DNA of 61,680 nucleotides, filler included, from Choristocarpus tenellus KU-1152 (GCA_964200185.2; 12 parts of 12 records of this genome joined end to end with filler, not necessarily neighbours in it), one strand, 5' to 3'. Positions 49,811-61,019 are shown, counted from the whole stretch's first letter. Numbers and translations: made by a program. Notes: generated from the letters alone by a model not told the origin.

Positions 49811-49981
49811 GGGGGGGGGGGGGGGGGGGGGGGGCTCTACACCAGAGTGTCCATTTGGACAAAACCAGAAGAGTGCACTTTCATTATCCATCCGACATAT
49901 GGAACCAAATCACCCAAAATCACGACATGAAAAAATTGGTCCCAAAAGGACAGCCGCCACCCCTCCCAGATACTCTGAGTC
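49811..49981 (-). mobile_element. MITE family B, starting at a poly-G contig edge
   Basis: Ends CCCAGATACTCTGAGTC and matches the other B copies internally. Confidence 0.88.
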
Positions 49982-50500
49982 TCAGTCCCAATCCAGGGGG
50001 AGTAAAGAGAGAGCTTTACTGAGTCAGTCGACAAAGACGCAATTGAGGTTAGGGATGGCAACATTTGAAATGGAAAATTGGCTACCATTGATTGCAAGCA
50101 GGATATGAATTCAAATTGGGTAAATTGATGAGCCCATCCCCAAATCTAGAAGGATACTTCTAGTTGCAGAACATTAACAAACCTTTTGGTTGTGAAGAGA
50201 TGTCACAAGACCGCCTGCTAAGTCCTCTCCTGAAAATATAATCACACAAAATCCCATACCCCACCTTTGTTTCCAAGCGTCCCTTGAGAGCGAAGAAAAA
50301 TGCATCCAAACTAGTTTTGAATGTAATGGAGTTTTGAATGTAACTGATTTTTGAATGTAATTGAGGCAGGATAATAGAAACTCTTCCATAATACAGGGAA
50401 TACCTAGGTGTTTCTCATAGAGGTGTTCATAACTCTCTGTTAGAGCGGCAACCAGCTGAAGAGAGCAGATCCTCAGGTGCAATGCTGTTTTCTGTTTCAG

Positions 50501-52868
50501 GTCCTAGTTCGGGGATCCGCCCTCCCAGTCCTGTCTAAGGCAATAGAGTGGGGACAAGTTACTGCCCGACTTGTACCTTTGGAGTGCCGCTCTGGCCAAG
50601 CGGCTTGCAAAGGCGTGCTGCCGGAGGAATTTGATATGGACATGCAGGTAGAATGGTGGGTTGGTGTGTAATGAAAGGTACACTCCACATACTGCCCTCG
50701 TTGCCGATGCTTCTGCCTGGCACACCTTACTCTCTTTCCGGTATCATTCCACAGTAACAAATCCTGATTCATACTGATTCCCTGGCATCATGGCTTGAAC
50801 GTAGAACTAACCTACATATTTTGCCCTGTTCCAGTCCTCTCGCCTCTTTCCCCTGGAAGATGCAAATAATACCAGATATTTTTGTTGAAGACAATTATTC
50901 ACCTGTACACGAATATTGCATTTTGATTGTCACACACCAATGACAAAAAAGTGTTGTGCTGCCTGTTGCCAGTGTAATGAATGTAGTCTCTTACATAGGT
51001 TATTCCTGTTGCACACAACAAAACCACTACTCCAAGCAGAGCTCTTCTCTTCTGACAATACAATGTAGGAAAAAATATAGAGTGGCATTCTAGAGTCTCA
51101 AATGTGTGATCGTGGTAGGTGGAACCTGAGCCAGTATAAGATTGAGAGCCTGGAAAACCTCTTTGAACAACATTTCAGGCAAATAGAATGGCCTGTGTGT
51201 CACATTGAGCCATTGGAGTGCATTTGCCGTGTAAGGTTCCCTACCCCATCTACCATTTCATTATTTTCATTACAATATAGACAAATGTCAAATGCAATAT
51301 CAAGAAAGAGTAGTATTGTAGATTGTAATGATTTTCCTATTATAGCCCTGTCGCACAATGAGGGCATGGACAATTACCTCATCAACAAACATTCTTGAAG
51401 GTCGATGCAGGGAGGATTGATGCAGAGACTGAGGGAGAGAGTTTTGACTTCCTTTCAGCAACATTTGGAGGAACACTTCCGCAAGGTCATGTGATGCTGG
51501 CTGAGGCCAATCCTGCTGATGCTTGTCAGCCCCTTCAGAACCGAGGGGAGGTAGAAGCAGCAGCAGTTTTAGTTAGAAGAGGAGGTTGCACGTTTGGTGA
51601 AAAGGCAAAAAACGTACAGGTGTGAGTGCTTGTTGATAAAGGGCAGGGAGGGGATAGAAGACATTACTCAATAAATAGAAGTTCTGCTGTGACTTTATCA
51701 ATGTCGTGGTCTATTTTTCAAGACATGTATAAATATCATAATTTTGACTATCAAGATAAACCATTGTCATTCAACGTGGCCACAAAGCAAATGGCGAGAG
51801 AAAAACTAATTCTCTCACTCTACTCCTTATGGTAGGTCTATCTTATACTTCTAAGTACCTAACCCTCAACATAATAGACCGTGCTTAGAATCACCGATTG
51901 GTAAATGTTATATTAAAGCTGCAGCTGAGCACTTTTCAGCACTACAGAGTGCACTTACATGATGACTGTCAGAGTGCCAGAGATACCTACCATGTTTCTC
52001 ATAGTATGTGTTTTGGTCGTCTGGGGTGGTGTGACTGACACGTGTTCCTAACTAGCTACAGGATGATCCAGAGTGAAGAATATGCACAAGCCATTGGCTT
52101 ATTTTTTCTTCATCAAATCATTGCTGCATGTCTATGCCTTCACCTACCCACTTACAGGACTCTGAAGGCAGGGTGATGATAGTTGCCGACAATAGCTTAG
52201 GTGTCCTCCAAAACGTGGGCGCCCTGGACAATCTGGTAAGATATTTTTTTTCAGTGAGTGAAAGTATCTTAGAGGGTACGAGTTTTGCCCTGTTTGTCCA
52301 TTTGGGCCTTGGCTTCCCATGGGTTTTTTAATGACATTTTCCTACTCCAAAAGGTTTTGGAGTGTGTAAAATGTGTATGTTATTAGAAGGTGTGTCCAGA
52401 ACATCGACATTAACACTTCCTAAACACACACAATAGCCAAAATTACATCAAAATTGCAACATTGGACTTTGGCCCCCAAATGGACGCGGCTGTACCCTCC
52501 AAGATACTTTGGCTCAGTCCTACCATTGGAATCAACATATGGACATGCACACAGTGATGGCCTGCACTAGACCTAAGGTATCTATCCACAACAAACCATC
52601 ACCAAGATAAATACTTTTTGTACTTGTTTACTCCTCACTGGTTCTGAAACTGTCACTATCACAAGAGTAGGCCAAGGAGCTCTTTATGCCGGCTGTGTTT
52701 GTGACATCTAAAGCGGGGGACAGGCTTGCAATAGTTGCACAGCCTGGCAGCTCAGGAGTGGTGCACCTTGTCCCTGACAACTCAATAGCCCAGGGTTGGG
52801 CAGACCTGGGTTCCCTGAGTTGGCCAGACAAGCTCTTGGAACGAAAAGTGCTGATGCGTCAGTTGCAG
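50501..52868 (+). CDS. PA (protease-associated) domain protein, internal exons (50501-50647, 51401-51619, 52158-52235, 52671-52868)
   Basis: ATFGG...ANPADACQPLQN...AVLVRRGGCTFGEKAKNVQ|DSEGRVMIVADN...|...MPAVFVTSKAGDRL is a canonical PA domain. All junctions are phase-0 GT-AG. Confidence 0.9.
52256..52515 (+). mobile_element. MITE family A (capped), intronic
   Basis: TIRs as above, TSD AGT. Confidence 0.92.
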
Positions 52869-52958
52869 GTGCCATGGATTGTGGCGTGAATAGGATCACA
52901 TTGTGCATAGAAAAAATTGAGTCAACATGGGATTGATTGCAGATTAATTTCTTGCTTA

Positions 52959-53190
52959 GAGAAAGTATCTTAGAAGGTAGAGCTGCGTCCATTTGATGGC
53001 CAAAATCCAATGCTGCGATTTTGATGTAATTTTGGCTTGTTCCATACACACGTTTTCATAACGTATACATTTTACCCCCTCTGAACCATTTCGGAGTATG
53101 AAAATATCATAAAATAAACCTGTGGGAAGCCAAGCCCCAAACGGACAAACGGGACAAAACTCGAACCCTAACCCTAAGATACTTTCAATC
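52959..53190 (-). mobile_element. MITE family A (capped, small internal deletion), one TIR carrying CCCTAACCCTAA
   Basis: TSD TTA. The right TIR reads AACCCTAACCCTAAGATACTTTC. Confidence 0.88.
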
Positions 53191-53253
53191 TTAGTGTTTG
53201 AGGGTTTGAGTTGTGAGGTGTGGCTGACTACTTAGTGTTACTGTTTGTTGTAC

Positions 53254-53255
<2 letters not shown>

Positions 53256-53295
<40 letters not shown>
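53256..53295 (+). repeat. (GA)n microsatellite
   Basis: Read directly from the sequence. Confidence 0.95.
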
Positions 53296-53298
<3 letters not shown>

Positions 53299-54289
53299 TA
53301 TGCTGCCCCAATTTCAACTACCTACAAATACATCTAATCCTAGAGATTTCCACCCATACCACTTGTTGTTGATCCATTTTTTACCCTCAAATCTGTACCA
53401 CTTTGAGACACTGGGTGGAACCACTCTTTTTTTTCGTTTGGCAAGGAGATATATGGTTCTGGCTCTGCCTCTATATCTCTACACTATTAAAATTCATAGC
53501 TGAAGGTCAGCTACTGGAGACCCCTCTAGCTATAGCAATCAACCCACCGTCTAGTTGGAAATAAGACTGAAACATAACTGCTGGAGGTCTACAGACTATG
53601 TCATTCACCGATCAAACACATGGCTCATGGAACTCACACAATTCAATTTCGAACTTGGAGATAACCAGACAATAAGTGAAGAAACATGTCAGATGGACTC
53701 GGGTGGTCAGACTTAATCAGAGGACGGATGAAATGACTTGATCGGTGGAAGTTTAGGAGGCTATTAGTGGCATCAACAGGTTTTGTAGTATATAGGCTTG
53801 GACTGAAAGCAGAGGGAGGTGCTGCCTGGGAAGTTGGCACTAGGTTTAATTTTGCTTTGAAATATTTTAGTTTAGTGCAACTGGAAGAACCTGTAAGCAA
53901 GAAAAAGGGATCAAAAAAGTCAGGGGGGAGGGGGGGGTCTACATCAGGGTGTCCATTTGGGCCAAAACCAGGAAACGTGCACTTACATNNNNNNNNNNNN
54001 NNNNNNNNNNNNNNNNNNNNNNNNNNNNNNNNTTAATTAATTAANNNNNNNNNNNNNNNNNNNNNNNNNNNNNNNNNNNNNNNNNNNNTCATTCACGTAA
54101 CGTCCCAAATGCAGAGCAGTTTTGCAACAATCAATCAGTGCGGTCCTGAAAAAGACGCTGACAGCATAATTTACAATTGAGGGGCGCATGGCAACGTGTG
54201 GGTGCACAGGAGATACGGAAAGGGCAAAAAAAGAGAACCGCTGCAACTGCTCCATTTATCAACCTTTGGAGCTCTTGTGTCCACTTCTC

Positions 54290-56660
54290 CTAGGGTACAA
54301 TCTGCCTGGTGCATGAGACAAGCATCTCAGACATGTGCGCGTCCGATTCGATCTCCTTGTAGCCCCTCGCCGTAGGAGCCTTCCCGTTGAACGACTTGTA
54401 CCTGCAAAAAGAGAATGGCAATGAAGGACATCAACGAGAACAATGCCCAGGTAATGATGAGTAAAGGGTCGCCACTGCAGAAAATATTCATGGAACGATT
54501 GTCGTAGTTCAGAAAGGACAAGAGCACACATACACAGGAAACACACACAGCAGGTAGTATTTCCACAGTACTACAAATGGTTTGTCGTTATATACAACAA
54601 TGACCGACTACATTCTTCATGATAGGAGACTTATTAATTTTTGAACATTCCTGTGCAATGTGCTGCGACCGGCACACATGTCGCTTACTGCTGTCTACAC
54701 GATAAGAAACAGCGGCAGTTTGACTTGCCTCGAAAGCAGACGGATGCATAGCCCCTGTTTGAGAGAAGTGAAGCCGGCAAACTCCTCGCGACTCAGATAG
54801 CTCAGTGTGACCACGCTGCGGTCGACCTGTGGCGACAAGGTCTCACACACTTCCTTCAGTACCTCGAAGGACTCTGGTTGAAGGGACTTTACGCCTTGCT
54901 GCCAGTTTCGTAGAGTTGTTTTCGGCAGGGGAGGAACGCCCACCTTCGCGATGGGCAGAAAACGAAAAATATTATGCACCCAGCCAGCCAGGATGAGGCA
55001 TCGTTATTACTATGCCAACAGGGTATGTATGAGTGTGGGGGGGGTGTTTTTCAGGCTACACCGTCGATAAAACAAACAAGAACGCTTTTTATTGTTCGTG
55101 TGTATACAACACAGACACAGCATGTGGTTGCCCATGAAGGAGAGGGTTTGGTTCGCAAAATGACGCATCGTGTGTTTATTAATTCAGGCAACACCGCAAC
55201 GGTCCGGGCAAGGAGTGGACCTTACCTAGGGGAGGGAGAGGGGAGGCGGTATGATACTCAGCGGCCTGGCCTACCAAGTGTTGAAAGAAAGAACTGTTCA
55301 CTTCGTCTGTGGTTAACCATACACACATACTACATGGTCCCCCGAAAATCAAGAAAGTGGTTGACAGGGTTACTAAACGTGGGATAACTATCTCAACTTA
55401 GATTGAATCGGAAGACACAGAGAAATTTCACAACAGCTGTGAGCTGAAGTATCTTAGAGGGTAGAACCGTGTCCATTTGGAGGCCAAAGTCCAATGTTGC
55501 AATTTTGATGTTATCTTGGCTATTGTATGTGTTAGGAAGTGTCAATATCGATGTTCTGGACACACATTTTAATAACATGTACATTTTTACCTACTCTGAA
55601 ACAATTCGGAGAAGGAAAATGTTATAAAAAGACCATGGGAAGCCAAGTCCCAAATGGACAAACAGGGCAAAACTCGTACCCTCTAAGATACTTTCACTCT
55701 GTAACCCACCAAGAGGAGGAGTAGGGCGCCACCATCCCACCAACGTTGACAACTCCCTCACCTTTTTGTACTTTTGCGGATCTCTACTAGTGACACCTCT
55801 TTTTTCTTCGTCTATTGCTTGATAGCTTCTTCAAGCTCATGCTGAAAATATACCTTATCGTACAGCATGCGCTCAACCACACTCACGGTGTCGTCGTTTA
55901 ATGCTAAAAGCGTGGTGGTGCAGTGGACGAACGGGGCAAGGGGTAGGTGGGAAGCGGTCACGGGACACACGCGGCAAGCAGTAGTGAGGAGAATGTTGCT
56001 GTCGACAGAAAGACCATGAGGGATAAAAAAGATCAACAACGAAAAGATCAACAATGGGCTGACTGACGATGAACCAAAAAAAGGAAACTCGGTAACAACT
56101 TGGTAGATCAGAAGAGTCATCAGGCGATCATGGAACAACGACAACGCTCAACTTACTTTGTTGCTTAGTTGATCAGAAGAGTCCGGCGATCATGGAACAA
56201 CGACAACACTCCATCACCCACCGTTGGCAATTAGCCTCTCTTCTGCTTGGTTGAACTCCATGTAGACCTGCATCATGAAATCGCGTTCGGGATCAAACTC
56301 TCTCTTCAGCACCGTTATTCTATGGTTTCCGTCCAGTGTTCGTCTTTGAATGGCAAGCGCAGTTTCGGCGGTGAGCTGGTCCCCATTGCCTAAGCAGTCT
56401 CGTTGGATGACGACAGACAGAGCAAACTGCTCCAGCCAGCCTTTTTCACGGATGGACTTGCTGACGCGCGCAAGGCCACGCTCGCTCAGGGGACGCATCA
56501 TCTCCGTGCATGCGATGTTGTGGAGTTTCATCTGGTACGTGCCGAGGTAGTAATGTTCTAGGAGCGAGGACATGCCCTTCAGATTGTTGTACCACGATCT
56601 CGATCCGTGGGCAGTGCCATCGGCGGGCGGGTGGGTTGTTATTGAGCGAATGTTGGACAT
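54290..56660 (-). pseudogene. Spliced ParB/Spo0J-like gene (ParB/Srx N-terminal domain plus HTH), probably decayed
   Basis: Exon 1, 56660-56222 (ATG; MRPLSERGLARVSKSIREKGWL...LSVV...LDGNHRITVLK...RLIAN), splices in phase 1 to exon 2, 55903-55762 (ALNDDTVSVVERMLYDKVYFQ...AIKQ*TKKKEVSLVEIRK). Exon 3, 54943-54729 (VGVPPLPKTTLRNWQQGVKSLQPESFEVLKE..., HTH-like), has a GC donor and splices in phase 2 to exon 4 from 54401 (RYKSFNGKAP...). There are in-frame TAGs at 55812-55814 and 54290-54292, and the exon 2/3 phase is off by 1 nt. Confidence 0.72.
55441..55699 (-). mobile_element. MITE family A (capped) inside ParB-like gene intron 2
   Basis: TIRs as above, TSD TGT. Confidence 0.92.
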
Positions 56661-56919
56661 GGCGAAGGTTGGGAGGGTGTGACGGGGGTTGAAAGTAAGA
56701 GGTGCTGGTGGTATGTACGGAAGGGAAGGAATTGAAATGAGGACTGATGGCTGGGAGGTGCTGCTTTATTTCATCTGGTCAGTCGGTCCTCTTAACTCAG
56801 ATTTCTCTTTCCGTTGATAATTTTGTTATAAAAAATACGAACATCGAACAGCATACGGTTTCATATTGGAAAGAGATAGAGAGTATCATTTTTTTGTGAC
56901 ATTTTCGTTTCGTACGTTT

Positions 56920-57610
56920 CAAACGTATTAGATCAATGAAGTATGCGGTTTGTATTTTTATTTGTTGATATAAAGATTATAATATTATTTTTACTTTGTA
57001 AAAACCCTAACGCATGTGTTTTTGGCTCTTCAATGGTTTCGGGTGATCCGTCGGATCACCCGAAACTCAAGAGCCGCTTTTTGTCGACTTTAGTATTTTT
57101 TTTTTAGTCCTAAAGTCGACAAAAAGCGGTCTTAGTATTTAAATAAATTGTAGGGTACCAGTTGAAAGTGACCTTTTAGTTTCTGAATATTGGAAACGTG
57201 TGAGACCTATAAAGTACGCGCTTTGTATTTTCTAAAATTGTAGGCACGGTTATAATAAGATTTACTATTTCTAAAACTCCTAATGCACGTGTTTTGCGTC
57301 TTCAAAGGTTTAGGGTGATCCGACGGATCACCCGAAACTCAAGAACCGCTTTTTGTCGTCTCTAGTGTTTTTAAGAATACAAATGTCCAACAATTTAAGA
57401 TTTTGTACTTAAAACAATTAGAGGGCGTCAGTTTTTTTTTTACTTTTTGGTTTCGGAATATTGGAAACGTACAAGATCAATGAAGTATGTGCTTTGTATT
57501 TTAAAAAATTGTAAGTACGGATATGATCGGATTTACAACTTCCGAAAACCCTAATGCACATTTTTTCTGGATCATGGATCTCAGGGTGGTCCGACGGATC
57601 GCCCGGAGCT
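56920..57610. repeat. Three diverged ~272-bp AT-rich tandem units, each with a GC-rich palindrome
   Basis: Unit starts (AAACGT..AGA.C.ATGAAGTA.G.G.TTTGTATTTT) at ~56921, 57194 and 57465. Palindromes at 57036-57066 (perfect 15-bp arms), 57308-57338 and 57584-57604, plus an extra hairpin with 20-bp arms at 57074-57129. Confidence 0.9.
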
Positions 57611-57695
57611 CATACATTGTTCATACGCCCTGCTTCAAATCTCATCACTCCTAGACCTTCTCACTGCCCAAGACCGCTTGTTGCCCGAAAACACC

Positions 57696-58130
57696 ATGAC
57701 AGTTACTTCCACAGCAAGGGGGTGGCTTTTGTCGTCTGCGTCGCCCCCTGTGTTGCCCCCTCACCAGCCCGCCAACAATGATGCGCTGGAGCTTTCTACC
57801 AATGATGCTTCAGCGACTGGCGCCAAGCTTTGCCGAGGATGGGCTCAACCCATACCGGTCAACGAACAGGGTGACTGCTGCAAGCGCTTAGCCTGTGTGA
57901 AGAAGTTTGCAGCAGATAGCGAGTCCTTCCTTCCACGCACGTTGGTCAAAGAGCAGGACATCATCCGGGCGTGTGAGAACCGCCGCGATCGCAAGCACTT
58001 CATTGGTGACCGTGTACCTGTCATTAAGTTGGGACCTGGAGGTGGATCTATGCTCGCGGCCGGCATTCCCATTTGTATGCAGTTTTTCAAGGCATCGTTC
58101 ATAATATCCATTCATGTCATCGACGCTTGC
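57696..58130 (+). mobile_element. Putative Sola-like DDE transposase N-terminal fragment
   Basis: The ATG-initiated ORF contains CCKRLACVKKF...R.DRKHF...GIPICMQFFKASFIIS, which matches the CxxxC..F / G.xVCxxFFxxxxxIS pattern N-terminal to Sola-type transposase cores. It is cut by MITE-B at 58132 and by the contig end, so the catalytic region is not visible. Confidence 0.5.
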
Positions 58131-58131
58131 A

Positions 58132-58188
58132 GACCCAAAGTATCTGGGAGGGGCCGGGGGGTCTACACCAGGGTGTCCATTTGGACCA
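58132..58188 (-). mobile_element. MITE family B end at contig break
   Basis: GACCCAAAGTATCTGGGAGG...GTGTCCATTTGG. Confidence 0.8.
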
Positions 58189-58948
58189 NNNNNNNNNNNN
58201 NNNNNNNNNNNNNNNNNNNNNNNNNNNNNNNNTTAATTAATTAANNNNNNNNNNNNNNNNNNNNNNNNNNNNNNNNNNNNNNNNNNNNGGGGGGATAAAG
58301 TGGAAGAGAGAGGAGAGAGGTCTGCGCAAGGCCCCTTTGTGCTCGAGCTTGCGGGCAAAGGATGGATGGGGAGCGGTGCATTCGTTGCCCAAGAAACATA
58401 AAACAAGTCTGTAGTTGTGATAATTGACCCATAGTCCAGCAAGAGAGTACTCAATTTGCTTGGTGCTTTCTTCAAGCGCAATGATCATTCTGGTAAAGAC
58501 GAAGCACCCTCTCTCTGCATTTAATCCTAAAATTGCAAAGCAAAAAGTGTACATAGAAGAAGTCCTACCCGCACGCCATCATCCTTCGCTTCTAAGAACT
58601 CCAAGTTTTGTACTTCCTGCTTTGCAACCAAATTCTATTCCTGTTGCACCCACCGGGTTCCCTTGTGGGGTGTCCCATAATCCTTTTGTCAGTTTATAAC
58701 ACTGAGGATACTTCAAACAGTAGTCAGCTCAGCTGTCTCAAGTATTCAAATAATCCTCACACACTAATCAATCTACTATCTTGTGAAGTAAAAGTTCCAC
58801 CCTAAGCAACATGATATCTAAGCTGCCCAAAGTAAAATTGTGGAATGCATCACAGAATCGATCAGGAATCCTCTCCCACTCCTCCTCTGTTCCTTGCATC
58901 CTCTCACAGGTATGCCTGAGATAGTTAGGCCTGGTCAAAAATACTTAC

Positions 58949-60144
58949 CTCCTCGCGCACACTTGCTACGCGAGCACTAAAGAGCGCCACCATGTTTCCT
59001 GCAGCTCCTGGGTAGGGCATTAGCTTCCCTTTCATCGTCGCATTCCTCTTGAGGGCGCTAATGTTGGGAGCAAGTACCCAATAAAAGGCGAATATCTGTT
59101 GAAGACAGCAAGATAAGGTCGAAGGACCATACCCGGGTTCACCTAAATCTGTACTAGCACAAGACAGTGGATGACCAGCACCCCACACAGTGGTACACAC
59201 AGCAGCACAATATCTAGAGGTAACATGGGATTTCCAAGGGCAGTCGCTTGACATCATGCGAAACTGAGCGTGCCAATTCGATTTACAGGCACAACGGGGT
59301 GCAACTGGACTCTAATGTGAGGAAATGTAGTGAAGGAGCTTCTGCGCGCCCAGTCAGATATGGCAGTATTCATTTTCAAACATCGTGTACCCAGCACCCT
59401 CACCACGCCTAGTATTGATGTCATTCCGACTCCGATGAAGAAGCTGGTGAAGTAGCATGCCCAGAGACCCAGAAAAGCAATGGCCGATACCTCAAAGAAC
59501 TTTCCAACTCGTTGTACATCTGACCCCCCAAAATAGTGCGACCATTGATCCTTGGTTGGTCTTGTTGGGAGGAGTTTGTGCCCAACATCTGTAGAGATGC
59601 GAGTGAGTCCACAGCGCAACAAACGCTTTGCCCCTCTCCTGTAACGGGCACGTCCACTAGACCGATGAGAGACATTAACCCAGGTAACTTCAAGAGGACA
59701 CTACACCGGCGAGATCTGCTTCGATGGTCATTTAAAGGGGAGGCTGCGATATGCTCATCAAAGGAAAAACTGTAAGCAATGTGTGCCCAAGCGGTGGCTT
59801 CGAGCAACACGACAAGGGCGCTGTCTTCCCTGATCAGTGTTCTTCTTGTGAGATATGCCAAATCAATGCAATGTACCCGGAGCCGTAAGATGTGCTGAAT
59901 AATAACCCTCTACTCCTTCTCACCATCGTGTGGAAGTCCCACTGTTGACCACGCCAAGTGGTAAATAGGATCTTCCGGTGTTGATCAGTCGTCCATGACA
60001 AGTGTTGACTTGGTAGGTGTTGAAAGCGGTGCAAAAGGCCTGAAGAGGTCTTGTCTGCATGGCAGCATTCGCAGCAACCTGTGCCATGAGAAGAAAGACG
60101 CAAGCGAAGGTACCCTCTGCCCCACCCATATTCTCTATAAGCAT
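58949..60144 (-). CDS. Conserved plastid-type membrane protein of unknown function, 5' exons
   Basis: Exons ~60144-59924 (hydrophobic signal-like stretch followed by QAF), from 59769 (3' boundary uncertain), 59588-59404 and 59095-58949. LLPTRPTKDQWSHYFGG...FFEVSAIAFLGLW...|IFAFYWVLAPNISALKRN...ALFSARV resembles a cyanobacterial/algal hypothetical family (LIP..xTxxQYxxYWG; WLxxPxxxAxxRN). The family assignment is from memory and was not searched. Confidence 0.65.
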
Positions 60145-60560
60145 TTACTTGAACAAAACTGAAGTTGCCCTTCTTTCATTCCTAATGTTAGAGAGAGAGA
60201 GAGACATTGACATACCTCAGTCTTTTCACCTCTTTTTTAGGTGGAAAATGTCAAATCTAAAGTTGAGTTTGAAAGTTGTATGATGCGTACAACACAATTT
60301 TTTTAGTGTACTTAGAAGTACTATAATATATACAGTACTGCATTATACTAAATATTTTTTTAGTACGTAATATTGTGTGGTGTACCCTACCCTATATGTG
60401 ATATCATCCTTTCTTCAATATTCGAAGGTCCCTCCCCCACAACACGTCTCCACACCCAGGCCAGGGATCGAAAAACTCCGTTGTCATCACTGTCTATACT
60501 GTAATGTTTAGCGCCGAGTTAAGGAAGTGCATCTTGCAATGCAGCATGCGTCATTCTTAA

Positions 60561-60806
60561 GAGGGTAGGAGTTTTGCCCTGTTTGTCTGTTCGGGCTTGA
60601 CTTCCCACGGTTTTTTATGCCCTTTCTCGGTTTTCTATGTGAACAGAGTTACCTGCTTTGAACATTTCAGAGTAGGTAAAATGTATACGATTATGAAAGG
60701 TGTGTCTGGATCAAGGATATTGACACTTGCTAACAAACACAATACCCGAAATTCATCAAATCGCAACATTGGATTTATGACCCTGAACGGACGTGGTCCT
60801 ACCCTC
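60561..60806 (+). mobile_element. MITE family A core, uncapped variant with TTAA TSD (Sola3-like termini)
   Basis: TTAA|GAGGGTAGGA ... TCCTACCCTC|TTAA, with an internal sequence homologous to the capped family A. Confidence 0.9.
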
Positions 60807-61019
60807 TTAAACGGTTTGGGTCTGAACAGGATAGTGCAACATGTTTTGGGATATGCAAGAGATTGGCCTTGTCTGTGTTGTGTGCGATTGAAAATATATA
60901 CTGTTAGAAAAGTTTGCAAAGGAGATATTTCCTCCATTATTCGGAGTGAAATGTACCATAACTTTTGCAGCCCTGATGAAGAAACAAGATTTTTTTCTCA
61001 TGTTCATATTCAATGGGCG

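Noticed and set aside
54290-56660. Bacterial contamination as the source of the ParB-like ORF
   Set aside because: It has phase-consistent spliceosomal introns and contains a host MITE-A insertion. No ParA gene or operon structure is present.
56920-57610. Palindrome array as a CRISPR array or canonical parS
   Set aside because: The sequences between palindromes are homologous to each other and ~240 bp long. The canonical parS 16-mer is absent and only the GTTTC/GAAAC arms resemble it.
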